A stretch of DNA of 64,000 nucleotides, taken from NCBI GenBank assembly GCA_040767965.1, contig JAXGNR010000004.1:768001-832000 (forward strand), read 5' to 3'. The position numbers and the translations under genes were made by a program. The notes under the pieces were generated by a model. It searched no databases. It worked only from the letters and a program-made list of their open reading frames with translations, and was not told the DNA's origin. The first letter of the stretch is position 1, and every line of letters starts with the position of its first letter. Source of the DNA: Atribacterota bacterium. GTDB lineage: Bacteria > Atribacterota > Phoenicimicrobiia > Phoenicimicrobiales > Stramentimicrobiaceae. Of the stretch, positions 54,056 to 62,786 are shown piece after piece.

Positions 54056-54328
54056 TTAATCTTTCAAACCTCCCTTTGAGATGCTGTTGTGAAGACTGTT
54101 TTCCTTTATTTCAACCATAATAGCAAAATCAGGGCACCTCAATTCACATAACATGCATTGAATGCATTCATTTATAAATTTTGCAACTGGTTTACCATTT
54201 TCATTTGCGACTAAAACTTTTTTGGGGCAGTAATTAATACAAATGTTGCATTCTTTACACCAATTTTCTTTTATAGATATTCTTGTTTTTTCATTTTCAT
54301 ATATTTTTAACATTTCTTCCTGATGCAT
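54056..54328 (-). CDS. korD: 2x[4Fe-4S] delta subunit
   Basis: WCKECNICINYCP, CIQCMLCELRCPDFAI. Confidence 0.85.
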   Translation of the reverse strand: MHQEEMLKIYENEKTRISIKENWCKECNICINYCPKKVLVANENGKPVAKFINECIQCMLCELRCPDFAIMVEIKENSLHNSISKGGLKD

Positions 54329-54335
54329 GTTAATA

Positions 54336-55322
54336 TCATCTCACCTCTTTCTCTTTTATGCTCAAAATAGTTTTTTTTAATGTATCAATTGACCCTTTAT
54401 CCGGAATGTATATGAATTCAATTACAGGTATAGGGTTTCCTATCATTTTTTCAACTTCTTTTTTTCTGCCTGGGGATACCATAATCGCATCATTTTCACT
54501 AATAAATTTTGCTATCTCTTCCTTTTCATGAGAAATATTAAAATTGAGTTTTTTGTATTTTAAACCAGCATTTTTAATTGATTTAAATACTCTTTCAGCA
54601 AATTTCTCCGTAAGGCAAACTAATCCAACTTTCATTTCAGGAGAAGTGATTCTGGCAATATTAACCATGGTTTCTATCTGAGGATCAAGCGCAATGGGAA
54701 TAATATTCTTTTCTTCATCTTTTAAAAAATCTTCCACTTCCTGTAAATGAAAAAATGTTGTAACAATCAAATCTGCTGCTTTTAATTTATTAATAGTTGT
54801 TTCGCTTCTGTTATACATTTCATCGATTAATATTGGGATAAAATGTATTCCGGTACCTAATTCCAGTTTCTTTGAAAAATAATAAAGTTGCTCCTGGTTG
54901 CATTCCACAAAAGCTACTTTGATATTATTTAATAAATGTTTCTTTTCAGAAATTCTCTGGTGTAAAAGAAACATAAAATCTTCTATCTGAATATTTAAAT
55001 CAAATGCTTTTTGAATTGCTGAATCAATAATTTTAGTAATCGGTAAATAAATCTCTTTTGATAATAATATTTTTGAAGGATATTCATCTGAGGTAATAAA
55101 GGTTCCTTTGCCTGAAATTGAAGAAATTACTTCTTTTCGGGCAAGTTCTTTGTAAGCCATGCTGACGGTGTTTCTACTAACTCCTAATTTTAAAGAAAGT
55201 TCTCTTTCAGTAGGTAGCTGAGAACCTCTTCCAAGTTCTCCTTTTTCTATTTCATTCATTAATGATTCTTTTATTTGAAGATAAAGAGGGATCTTGCTAT
55301 TTTTATCAATAAAAATATTCAT
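54336..55322 (-). CDS. GntR-family transcriptional regulator with extended C-terminal domain
   Basis: PLYLQI, LPTERELS..LGVSRNTV..AY.EL, GKGTF. Confidence 0.9.
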   Translation of the reverse strand: MNIFIDKNSKIPLYLQIKESLMNEIEKGELGRGSQLPTERELSLKLGVSRNTVSMAYKELARKEVISSISGKGTFITSDEYPSKILLSKEIYLPITKIIDSAIQKAFDLNIQIEDFMFLLHQRISEKKHLLNNIKVAFVECNQEQLYYFSKKLELGTGIHFIPILIDEMYNRSETTINKLKAADLIVTTFFHLQEVEDFLKDEEKNIIPIALDPQIETMVNIARITSPEMKVGLVCLTEKFAERVFKSIKNAGLKYKKLNFNISHEKEEIAKFISENDAIMVSPGRKKEVEKMIGNPIPVIEFIYIPDKGSIDTLKKTILSIKEKEVR

Positions 55323-55342
55323 TTACACCTTTTTTATTTCTG

Positions 55343-55407
55343 GACTAATTGACTAATTGTTTAACCATTTATAGAATACAACAAATTTTCTTTTGTTGTC
55401 AATTAGT
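55343..55407 (-). promoter_or_regulatory. Promoter and candidate GntR operator repeats
   Basis: TTGACA at 55402-55397; ACTAATTGAC at 55344-55353 with an inverted copy at 55398-55407; tandem GACTAATT x2. Confidence 0.55.
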
Positions 55408-55411
55408 TTGT

Positions 55412-55457
55412 AAAAAATAAAAACCAGAAATATAAGGGTCTTCTGGTTTTTATTTTT
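55412..55457 (-). terminator. Terminator after the secA-prfB-cyclodeaminase unit
   Basis: AAAAATAAAAACCAGAA...TTCTGGTTTTTATTTTT inverted repeat. Confidence 0.75.
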
Positions 55458-55521
55458 ACTATTAATAGTTTGTCAATGTTCAATCTGAGCGGCCTAGAAT
55501 AACGGTTATAATATATTAAAA

Positions 55522-56139
55522 TTAAATATCAATAATTTGCATTACCTTTTCTTTTTTGCCAGCATTTTTCTCAATTAATTTATTAATCTTATCATTAATT
55601 ATTTCTTTTTGTTTTGTATCTTTTATTGATTTTAAATTTATCTTAACATTTAAGATAGCACTTTCCAGGGTTGCTTCTGCTAATATAGCACCGACTCCAG
55701 CATCACTTATAACATTCTTATTGCCTAATTTAGAGATTTCTACACAGATATCCATTAACTTTTCACTTTTTTCTGCAATTTCTAAAGGGACCAAAGCTGC
55801 TTTCATTAAAGCCTCTTGTACTTTTTGTTTACGTTCTTTTTTTTGCTGTTCGGAAATATTTGGTAACCCCGTTGCTTTCATAAAATTACTAAATGCATCA
55901 ATATCTTTTTCTATTAATAATTCGTAATCATATCGAAGTTTTTCACACTCATATAATATTTTTTTAATATCATCTCGATGATTCTGATACCCATCTTTTC
56001 CAATTGTTAAATTAGCTACCATGGATACCAAGGCTGCTCCTAATGCTCCAGATAAGGCAGCAACGCTACCTCCTCCAGGAGTGGGAGACTTAGATGACAA
56101 TACTTCTAAAAAATCTTTTACGCTTTTATCTTTTATCAA
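55522..56139 (-). CDS. Formiminotetrahydrofolate cyclodeaminase / methenyl-THF cyclohydrolase family
   Basis: SKSPTPGGGSVAAL, MVANLT, SDAGVG, NVKINL. Confidence 0.88.
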   Translation of the reverse strand: MIKDKSVKDFLEVLSSKSPTPGGGSVAALSGALGAALVSMVANLTIGKDGYQNHRDDIKKILYECEKLRYDYELLIEKDIDAFSNFMKATGLPNISEQQKKERKQKVQEALMKAALVPLEIAEKSEKLMDICVEISKLGNKNVISDAGVGAILAEATLESAILNVKINLKSIKDTKQKEIINDKINKLIEKNAGKKEKVMQIIDI

Positions 56140-56159
56140 TATTAACCTCCAAATAATAC

Positions 56160-57270
56160 TTATCGCTTGCTGTAATATTTTAAATAAGCATCTATAAATA
56201 TTTGAATATCACCATCCATAACTGATTGAATATTGCCACTCTCAGCTTTTGTCCGGTGATCTTTTACCAGCTGATATGGTTGAAATATATATGATCTAAT
56301 CTGATTACCCCAGGCAATATCTTTTTTTTCACCACCAATTTTTTCCATTTCTTTTTCTTTTTTCTTTTGATAGTATTCAAATAACTTGGCTTTTAATATC
56401 CTCATTGCAGTAATGCGGTTACTATATTGTGATCTTTCATTTTGACATTGAACAACAATATTAGTAGGAAGATGAGTTATTCTTACTGCTGAATCTGTAG
56501 TATTTACATGCTGCCCACCTGCCCCAGTGGACCGATAAGTATCCACTCTGATATCTGACTCAGCTATTTCTATATCTATTTCTTCATCTATCTCCGGGAT
56601 AACATCAACCGAAACAAAGGATGTATGTCTTCTTTTATTTGAATCAAAAGGAGATATCCTCACTAAACGATGTATTCCTTTTTCTGATTTTAATAAACCA
56701 TATGCGTTTTTCCCATTTACCGTAAATGTAGCGCTTTTAACGCCAGCTTCTTCTCCTGGTAACAAATCTACTACTTCTGCTTTGAAATTATTTTTTTCAC
56801 ACCATCTCAAATACATTCTTAAAAGCATTTCTGCCCAGTCTTGTGATTCAGTTCCTCCTGCACCAGGATGGATGGACATTATAGCATTATTTTTATCATA
56901 TTTATCAATAAAGAAAATATCTCTTTCTTCTTTTGCAATTTCCTTCTCAAGTTGGTCTATTTTTTGCAGTATCTCGTTCCATATTTCTGTGCTGTTTTCT
57001 TGTAAATTAAGCTCAAAAAGAATTTCAATGTCTTCAATATTTTTTATTGTGATGTTAAAATTTTCAATTATATTTTGCAAATCTTTTAGTTCTTTCGATT
57101 TCTGATTAGCTTCAGATTGATCTTTCCAAAAAGAATTATCAGTCATCATTTTTGAAATTTCTTTAATTCTTTTTTCTTTTTCATCTAATTCAAAGATGAC
57201 TCCGTAATTCAAATATTTTATTTTTCAAATCAATTATTTTTCCATTTAATTCTGCATTTGAAATATCCAT
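56160..57270 (-). CDS. prfB: Peptide chain release factor 2 with programmed +1 frameshift
   Basis: SPF and GGQ motifs; upstream ORF from ATG 57270 ends CGG AGT CAT CTT TGA A, continuing in the +1 frame as GAA TTA GAT. Confidence 0.96.
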
Positions 57271-57309
57271 TATTTCTCCTTATTTGTTAAAAATTATTGT
57301 TAACAGACA

Positions 57310-59844
57310 TCATTTTTTCTTACCACAACAATGTTTATATTTCTTACCACTTCCACATGGGCAAGGATCGTTTCTGCCAATTTTTTTCTTTGAATTAATA
57401 AAGTCAGTTTTAGTTTTTTGCGTTTTTAAATTTGGTCTTTCCTGGCTGTTTTGAAAATCATTTGTATTGCTGGTTTGGTTAATATTATTGGATGGTGCTT
57501 GTTGGATTTTTACTCTATATATATATTTAATACTGTCCTCTTTTATATTTTCAACCATATTTTGAAACATATTGTGAGCTTCAAAATGGTATTCTGTCAG
57601 AGGATCTTTTTGACCATATGCACGTAAACCAATCCCCTGTTTAAGATCATCTAATCTTTTTAAGTGATCCTTCCATTCGCGATCTACAATTCTTAGTAAG
57701 ATCATTTTTTCAATTTGTCTCATAATAGCAGTACTTACTTCATTTTCTTTTTTCTGATAAGCTATTTGAGCTTCTTTCAATAAATCATTTTCCAATTTTT
57801 CAACTGTTAGCCTGGTAATATCTTCGGTAAAATCTATATTTATTCCAAAAGTATCATAGAAATGATCTTTTAATGCAGTCAAATTCCATTCTTCAGGGAA
57901 TACTTCTTTGTTCGTATACCTTTGCAACATCCCTTTGATAGTATCTTCCAACATGTCTACAATAATATTTTTTACGTTACTGCTAAATAAAACTGTTTTC
58001 CTTTGCTCATAAATAATTCTTCTTTGGTATTCCATTTCGTTATCAAATTCTAATAGTTGTTTTCTTATCTCAAAATTTCTTGCTTCAACTCTTTTTTGTG
58101 CACCTTCAATTGATCTTGTAATGAAAGGATGCTCTATGGGAGTTCCTTCTTCAACACCCAGCTTTTCCATAAAGACTGATATTTTTTCAGATCCGAACAA
58201 TCGCAATAAATCATCCTGTAGTGAAAGAAAAAATCGCGAAGAACCTGGATCACCCTGTCGGCCAGATCTTCCTCTTAACTGGTTATCTATTCTTCTGCTT
58301 TCATGTCTTTCAGTGCCAATAACATGTAAACCTCCTAAATCAGCAACTTCTGAACCTAAAACAATGTCAGTTCCACGTCCTGCCATATTAGTAGAGATAG
58401 TCACTTTTCCTTTCTGTCCTGCTTCTGCTATAATTTCTGCCTCTTTCTCATGGTTTTTCGCATTTAAAACATTATGTTCTATTTTTTCTTTTTTAAGCAG
58501 ATTGCTAAGCTTTTCAGATTTATCAATGGAAACAGTCCCTACTAGTATGGGTCGGCCATTTTTATTTAAATTTTTTATTTCTTCTACAACTGCATCGTAT
58601 TTTTCCTTTTCAGTTCTATAAATTACATCAGAATAACTGTTTCGAATAAGTTCTTTGTTTGTAGGGATAATGTTAACAGGTAAATTGTAGATCTCAATAA
58701 ATTCATCTTCTTCAGTTTTAGCAGTGCCGGTCATACCAGCTAATTTTTTGTATAATCTGAAATAATTTTGGAAAGTAATAGTAGCAAGAGTTTGGCTTTC
58801 TCTTGCAATTGGGACATTTTCTTTAGCTTCTATGGCCTGGTGTAACCCATCGCTATATCTTCTGCCAAACATTAGTCTCCCCGTAAATTCATCTACAATT
58901 ACTACCTCACCTTCCTTAACCACATAATCTACATCCTTTTTAAATAGATAATGAGCTCTTAGCGCCTGTATTATATGATGTTGCAATGCCATATTATTTT
59001 GTGCATATAAATTATCCACTCCTAGCAATTTTTCCATTTTGGCTACACCATTTTCTGTTAAAAATATATTTCTTTCTTTTTCTTCTATTTTATAATCAGC
59101 TTCTTTTTTCAGGTGAAATATTAATTTGTCAATTTGGAAATATTTTTTTGTTGATTCATCGGTAGGTCCAGATATAATAAGAGGAGTTCTTGCTTCATCT
59201 ATTAATATACTGTCAACTTCATCTACGATTGCAAATTTATGCTGTCTTTGCACAATATCTTCTGGCCTAATACTCATATTATCTCTGAGGTAATCAAAGC
59301 CAAATTCATTATTGGTTCCATATACTATATCTGCTTGATAAGCATTCTTTCTTTGATCAGTACTCATATCATGCTGAATAAGTCCGACTTTAAGTCCCAA
59401 GAATTCATACACAGGTCCCATCCAAAAACGATCCCTTTTTGCCAGATAATCATTTACAGTCACAATATGCACACTGTCACCATTTAAAGAGTTCAAGTAA
59501 GCTGGCAGAGTTGCAACTAATGTTTTACCTTCTCCAGTTGCCATTTCTGCAATTTTTCCTTGATGAAGCACTACTCCTCCAATTAATTGGACATCAAAAT
59601 GCCTCATTCCAATTGTTCTTTTTGCAGCTTCCCTAACTACCGCAAAAGCTTCTGGTAAAATTTCGTTTATTTCAACTCCCAGTTTTATTTTTTCCTTTAA
59701 AAATACAGTTTTATTTTTTAAATCTGCATCACTTAAAACAGTTATTTCTTTTTCCAATAAATTTATTTTTTCCGTTAACGGTTTTATCTTATTTAATTCT
59801 TTGGCATTTGGATCGCCAAATATTTTTTTAACAATGTTAAGCAT
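57310..59844 (-). CDS. secA: Preprotein translocase ATPase SecA
   Basis: MATGEGKT, DEVDSILIDEARTP, QLRGRSGRQGDPG, C-terminal CPCGSGKKYKHCC. Confidence 0.98.
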   Translation of the reverse strand: MLNIVKKIFGDPNAKELNKIKPLTEKINLLEKEITVLSDADLKNKTVFLKEKIKLGVEINEILPEAFAVVREAAKRTIGMRHFDVQLIGGVVLHQGKIAEMATGEGKTLVATLPAYLNSLNGDSVHIVTVNDYLAKRDRFWMGPVYEFLGLKVGLIQHDMSTDQRKNAYQADIVYGTNNEFGFDYLRDNMSIRPEDIVQRQHKFAIVDEVDSILIDEARTPLIISGPTDESTKKYFQIDKLIFHLKKEADYKIEEKERNIFLTENGVAKMEKLLGVDNLYAQNNMALQHHIIQALRAHYLFKKDVDYVVKEGEVVIVDEFTGRLMFGRRYSDGLHQAIEAKENVPIARESQTLATITFQNYFRLYKKLAGMTGTAKTEEDEFIEIYNLPVNIIPTNKELIRNSYSDVIYRTEKEKYDAVVEEIKNLNKNGRPILVGTVSIDKSEKLSNLLKKEKIEHNVLNAKNHEKEAEIIAEAGQKGKVTISTNMAGRGTDIVLGSEVADLGGLHVIGTERHESRRIDNQLRGRSGRQGDPGSSRFFLSLQDDLLRLFGSEKISVFMEKLGVEEGTPIEHPFITRSIEGAQKRVEARNFEIRKQLLEFDNEMEYQRRIIYEQRKTVLFSSNVKNIIVDMLEDTIKGMLQRYTNKEVFPEEWNLTALKDHFYDTFGINIDFTEDITRLTVEKLENDLLKEAQIAYQKKENEVSTAIMRQIEKMILLRIVDREWKDHLKRLDDLKQGIGLRAYGQKDPLTEYHFEAHNMFQNMVENIKEDSIKYIYRVKIQQAPSNNINQTSNTNDFQNSQERPNLKTQKTKTDFINSKKKIGRNDPCPCGSGKKYKHCCGKKK

Positions 59845-59973
59845 TTTTTAAATACCTTCCTTCGTTTTTGACATTCTTCCTGATTCTATAGACATGGAAA
59901 TAAACAATTATTATATTCTTTTTAAAAAGTGATGTTGTTAATATATTTCAAAAATATACTGATATTTATTTCA

Positions 59974-60531
59974 TTATGACGGTATTTCATCATTAATCAT
60001 TATTTTTTGAATAAGAACAAACAAACCAACAATTATAATTATATCACCAACACTTAATATAGAAGTATCAGGAAAAGGTTTAGGCAGTTGGAAAATATCC
60101 CCCAAAAAAGTAAACATGGTATTTTCGTTTTTTATTAAATGAATAGCATTTTTACCATTATTAAATAAAGTTTCTATGTCTATCTGTTCAACAGTTTTCT
60201 CACTTAAAAGCACTGGCATTTTCCCGCCATTGATAAGAATTACAAAAGAATTAAGTGATAATCCTAAAATTATATATTTAAATCCATCAATTTTTATATT
60301 CGTAAAAGAAGCATATAATAAAAATAAATATGATAAAACAGAAAAATAGCCTATATAATTGACAATTGCAGATATGTTTAAACCCGCAATAACCCAAATA
60401 AGTATTCTTAAGCCTAAAGCAATAGCAAAAAGATAAACACTTTTAATAGATATTTCAAACAAGCGCTCTAGGTCGCCACCTCTTAAAAGTGCTATTATAA
60501 TAGCCAAAGTAATAATTATTAAATAAAACAT
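59974..60531 (-). CDS. DUF5317 family membrane protein
   Basis: ALLRGGDL.RL, N..VI..NGGKMPV, FLGDIF, SVGDII. Confidence 0.8.
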   Translation of the reverse strand: MFYLIIITLAIIIALLRGGDLERLFEISIKSVYLFAIALGLRILIWVIAGLNISAIVNYIGYFSVLSYLFLLYASFTNIKIDGFKYIILGLSLNSFVILINGGKMPVLLSEKTVEQIDIETLFNNGKNAIHLIKNENTMFTFLGDIFQLPKPFPDTSILSVGDIIIIVGLFVLIQKIMINDEIPS

Positions 60532-60535
60532 GGCT

Positions 60536-61777
60536 TTAATTTTCCTCGTTTTTTTCCAACAATAATATAAATTCTGGAACTATCTTAGGATCAAATTGTG
60601 TACCAGAACCTTTTTTTAATTCTATTAATATTTCACTTCTTTTTAGTTTTTTCCTGTAAGGTCGATCAGAGTTCATAGCATCATAGGAGTCTACTATTGC
60701 GAGAACCCGAGATAACCTTGGTATCTCTTCTCCTTTCAATCCTTCCGGATAACCTTTTCCATCGTAACGTTCATGATGATATAAGACTGTTTTTGAACAT
60801 TTTTTTAAAAATTCTATTGACTCTATAATTCCAGCTCCAATTATAGGATGTTGTTTTATTTTTTCATATTCTTCATCATTTAACTTATCTTTTTTACCTA
60901 AGATTCTATCTTCTATTCCTATTTTACCAATATCATGCAAAATAGCAGCATATTCTAAGTATTCTACCTCACTATCCATGTATCCTAATTTTCTTGCCAG
61001 CTGTACTGCCATTTTTGATACTCTATCAGAGTGACCATGGGTGTAAGGGTCTTTTGCATCAATTGTTGCAGCAAGGGTTTTTATGGTATCCAAATACATT
61101 TTACGCATTTTGGTATATAATTCAAAAGAACGTCTTGCTAAAATCAATGGGAAAAAAAATAATAAAATTCCCAGCATACCAACTTGCACATAAACAATTG
61201 CCATAATGAAACCTAAAGGTGCTTCAGCTAAATAGCTGGGCAAAACTTCTTTTATGTTCACTTTATATACCTTGGTAATATTTATATTTGTATTAAGTGA
61301 TATTCCAATGGTTACTAAAATTGAATTAATAATGCAATAAGTTAAAGCGCATAAAATAGCCGGGAAAACATAATTAAAATAATTAACTTTACCCAAAGCT
61401 CCACCCATATAGTTATAAACACTTCCTGCAACTCCTGAAGCAATTGAGAATTGAGCAGCATTAAATATAATTTTCCCCAGCTGCTTATCATCATCCTTTC
61501 CTAAAAGTATCCCTAAAACACTAAATGCGGATACTATCATAGCCATTCCAGGCCCGTGAACTAATATAACAACAAAGTCAATAGGAAAAGTAATTGTTAT
61601 TTGTCCTCCTGCAGGAAGTGAAACAGGAAATATTTCTGCGATTATGGAAATAAAAATAAAAAATATTAAAGTTAACCAGATTTCAGAAAAATGGGGAATT
61701 GTAGGAATAAAGGCATAAAATAAAATAACAGACAGTAAAGATATTGCAATAGTATATTTTTTTAATTTCCTATTCAA
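60536..61777 (-). CDS. Membrane-sensor HD-GYP phosphodiesterase (multi-TM N-terminus)
   Basis: About 6-7 hydrophobic helices, then DAKDPYT.GHS.RV, LHDIGK, HHERYDGKGYP, DSYDAM.SDRPYR. Confidence 0.9.
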   Translation of the reverse strand: MNRKLKKYTIAISLLSVILFYAFIPTIPHFSEIWLTLIFFIFISIIAEIFPVSLPAGGQITITFPIDFVVILVHGPGMAMIVSAFSVLGILLGKDDDKQLGKIIFNAAQFSIASGVAGSVYNYMGGALGKVNYFNYVFPAILCALTYCIINSILVTIGISLNTNINITKVYKVNIKEVLPSYLAEAPLGFIMAIVYVQVGMLGILLFFFPLILARRSFELYTKMRKMYLDTIKTLAATIDAKDPYTHGHSDRVSKMAVQLARKLGYMDSEVEYLEYAAILHDIGKIGIEDRILGKKDKLNDEEYEKIKQHPIIGAGIIESIEFLKKCSKTVLYHHERYDGKGYPEGLKGEEIPRLSRVLAIVDSYDAMNSDRPYRKKLKRSEILIELKKGSGTQFDPKIVPEFILLLEKNEEN

Positions 61778-61841
61778 ACTTTACTCCTTGTACTTGCATC
61801 GATGCATCGATAAAAATAATCATGAATAATAATTAAAGAAA

Positions 61842-62064
61842 AAATAGGCCGGTGATTTTTATATTACAATCTGAATCTAGCGCCGCCGGCTAGTAGCAAA
61901 GCCATGACACTAATTAAAAAGCTGATTATCTTAGCTCTATTAATTTTCATATAGCACCTCCACGGTTTTTCTTTGTTCTAGTGAACAAGCAAAAACCGCT
62001 TCGCTTCGCTTCAAAAGTAAATTGCTACTTTTTTTATATTTTTATAATAATCACCGGCCTATTT
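61842..62064. repeat. 22-bp inverted repeat (1 mismatch) enclosing the small peptide gene
   Basis: AAATAGGCCGGTGATTTTTATA (61842-61863) vs TATAATAATCACCGGCCTATTT (62043-62064). Confidence 0.85.
61864..61950 (-). CDS. Unannotated 28-aa signal-peptide-like peptide MKINRAKIISFLISVMALLLAGGARFRL
   Basis: GGAGGTG RBS just before the ATG; basic N-region, hydrophobic core, LAGGA then short basic/aromatic tail; below the ORF track cutoff. Confidence 0.8.
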   Translation of the reverse strand: MKINRAKIISFLISVMALLLAGGARFRL

Positions 62065-62104
62065 ATTATACCTCCTAATTATGTTAGATTATTTTTAAAA
62101 TATT

Positions 62105-62768
62105 TTACATGAATATTCTTCTGTTGATAGCTTTCAAAGTGGCATTAACAATAGATCTATTATATTCTTCTTCTATTAACGCAGCTCCTACTAAGCATTC
62201 TTTCCCATCTGGTTTAACAAGTTGGATACCAACTAAAAATAATTCTTTTTCATCTAACGTGGTTTTTTTGATTTCTTCAAGCTGAAAAAAGAATCTTCCA
62301 TTCATAAATGAAGTTACAGCTTCCAGAGTAGCTTTTGCTATAACGTATTCTACATTATTTCCCCAATTAGAACATTCAATAATACCTTCACAAAATCTAT
62401 TGCAATTCTCTAGTTTAACATTTACGGATAAATTATCTTTATCAAAAATTACTTTAATATCAGATATTTTTAATCTGCTTGTATCACTTATTTCATCTTG
62501 AACCTGAGCAATGCTAATTTTGCGATAATCAATTAATATATTATATTTAGCTATTAAAATAGATTCTATATCTCTTGTTATTTTTTTTGGATTACAGTTC
62601 TCTTTGGTTATAATGTGAATTTCTTTAATTTCTTGCTTATCTGATAATATGATTTTTGAAAAATAAAATACCATTTAATTTATTTATTGATTTTTCAATT
62701 TCAATTATTTTTGAATTAAGTTTGGAAGATAGATTGCTTCCATAATCTTCTACAGGAATATCACTCAT
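62105..62768 (-). CDS. Conserved hypothetical protein with two LeuA-regulatory-domain-like repeats (one extra T near 62660)
   Basis: ATG at 62768 (MSDIPVED...INKLNGILF) joins the ORF-track frame if one T is removed; repeated EG.....IAKATLEAV / LVG......IVNATLKAINR. Confidence 0.65.
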
Positions 62769-62786
62769 TGGAACCCCTTTTCTTTT

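Noticed and set aside
61842-62064. MITE or invertible element interpretation of the inverted repeat
   Set aside because: No target-site duplication, second copy, transposase or recombinase in the window; promoter-like and U-tract flanks fit an RNA stem better (not fully excluded).
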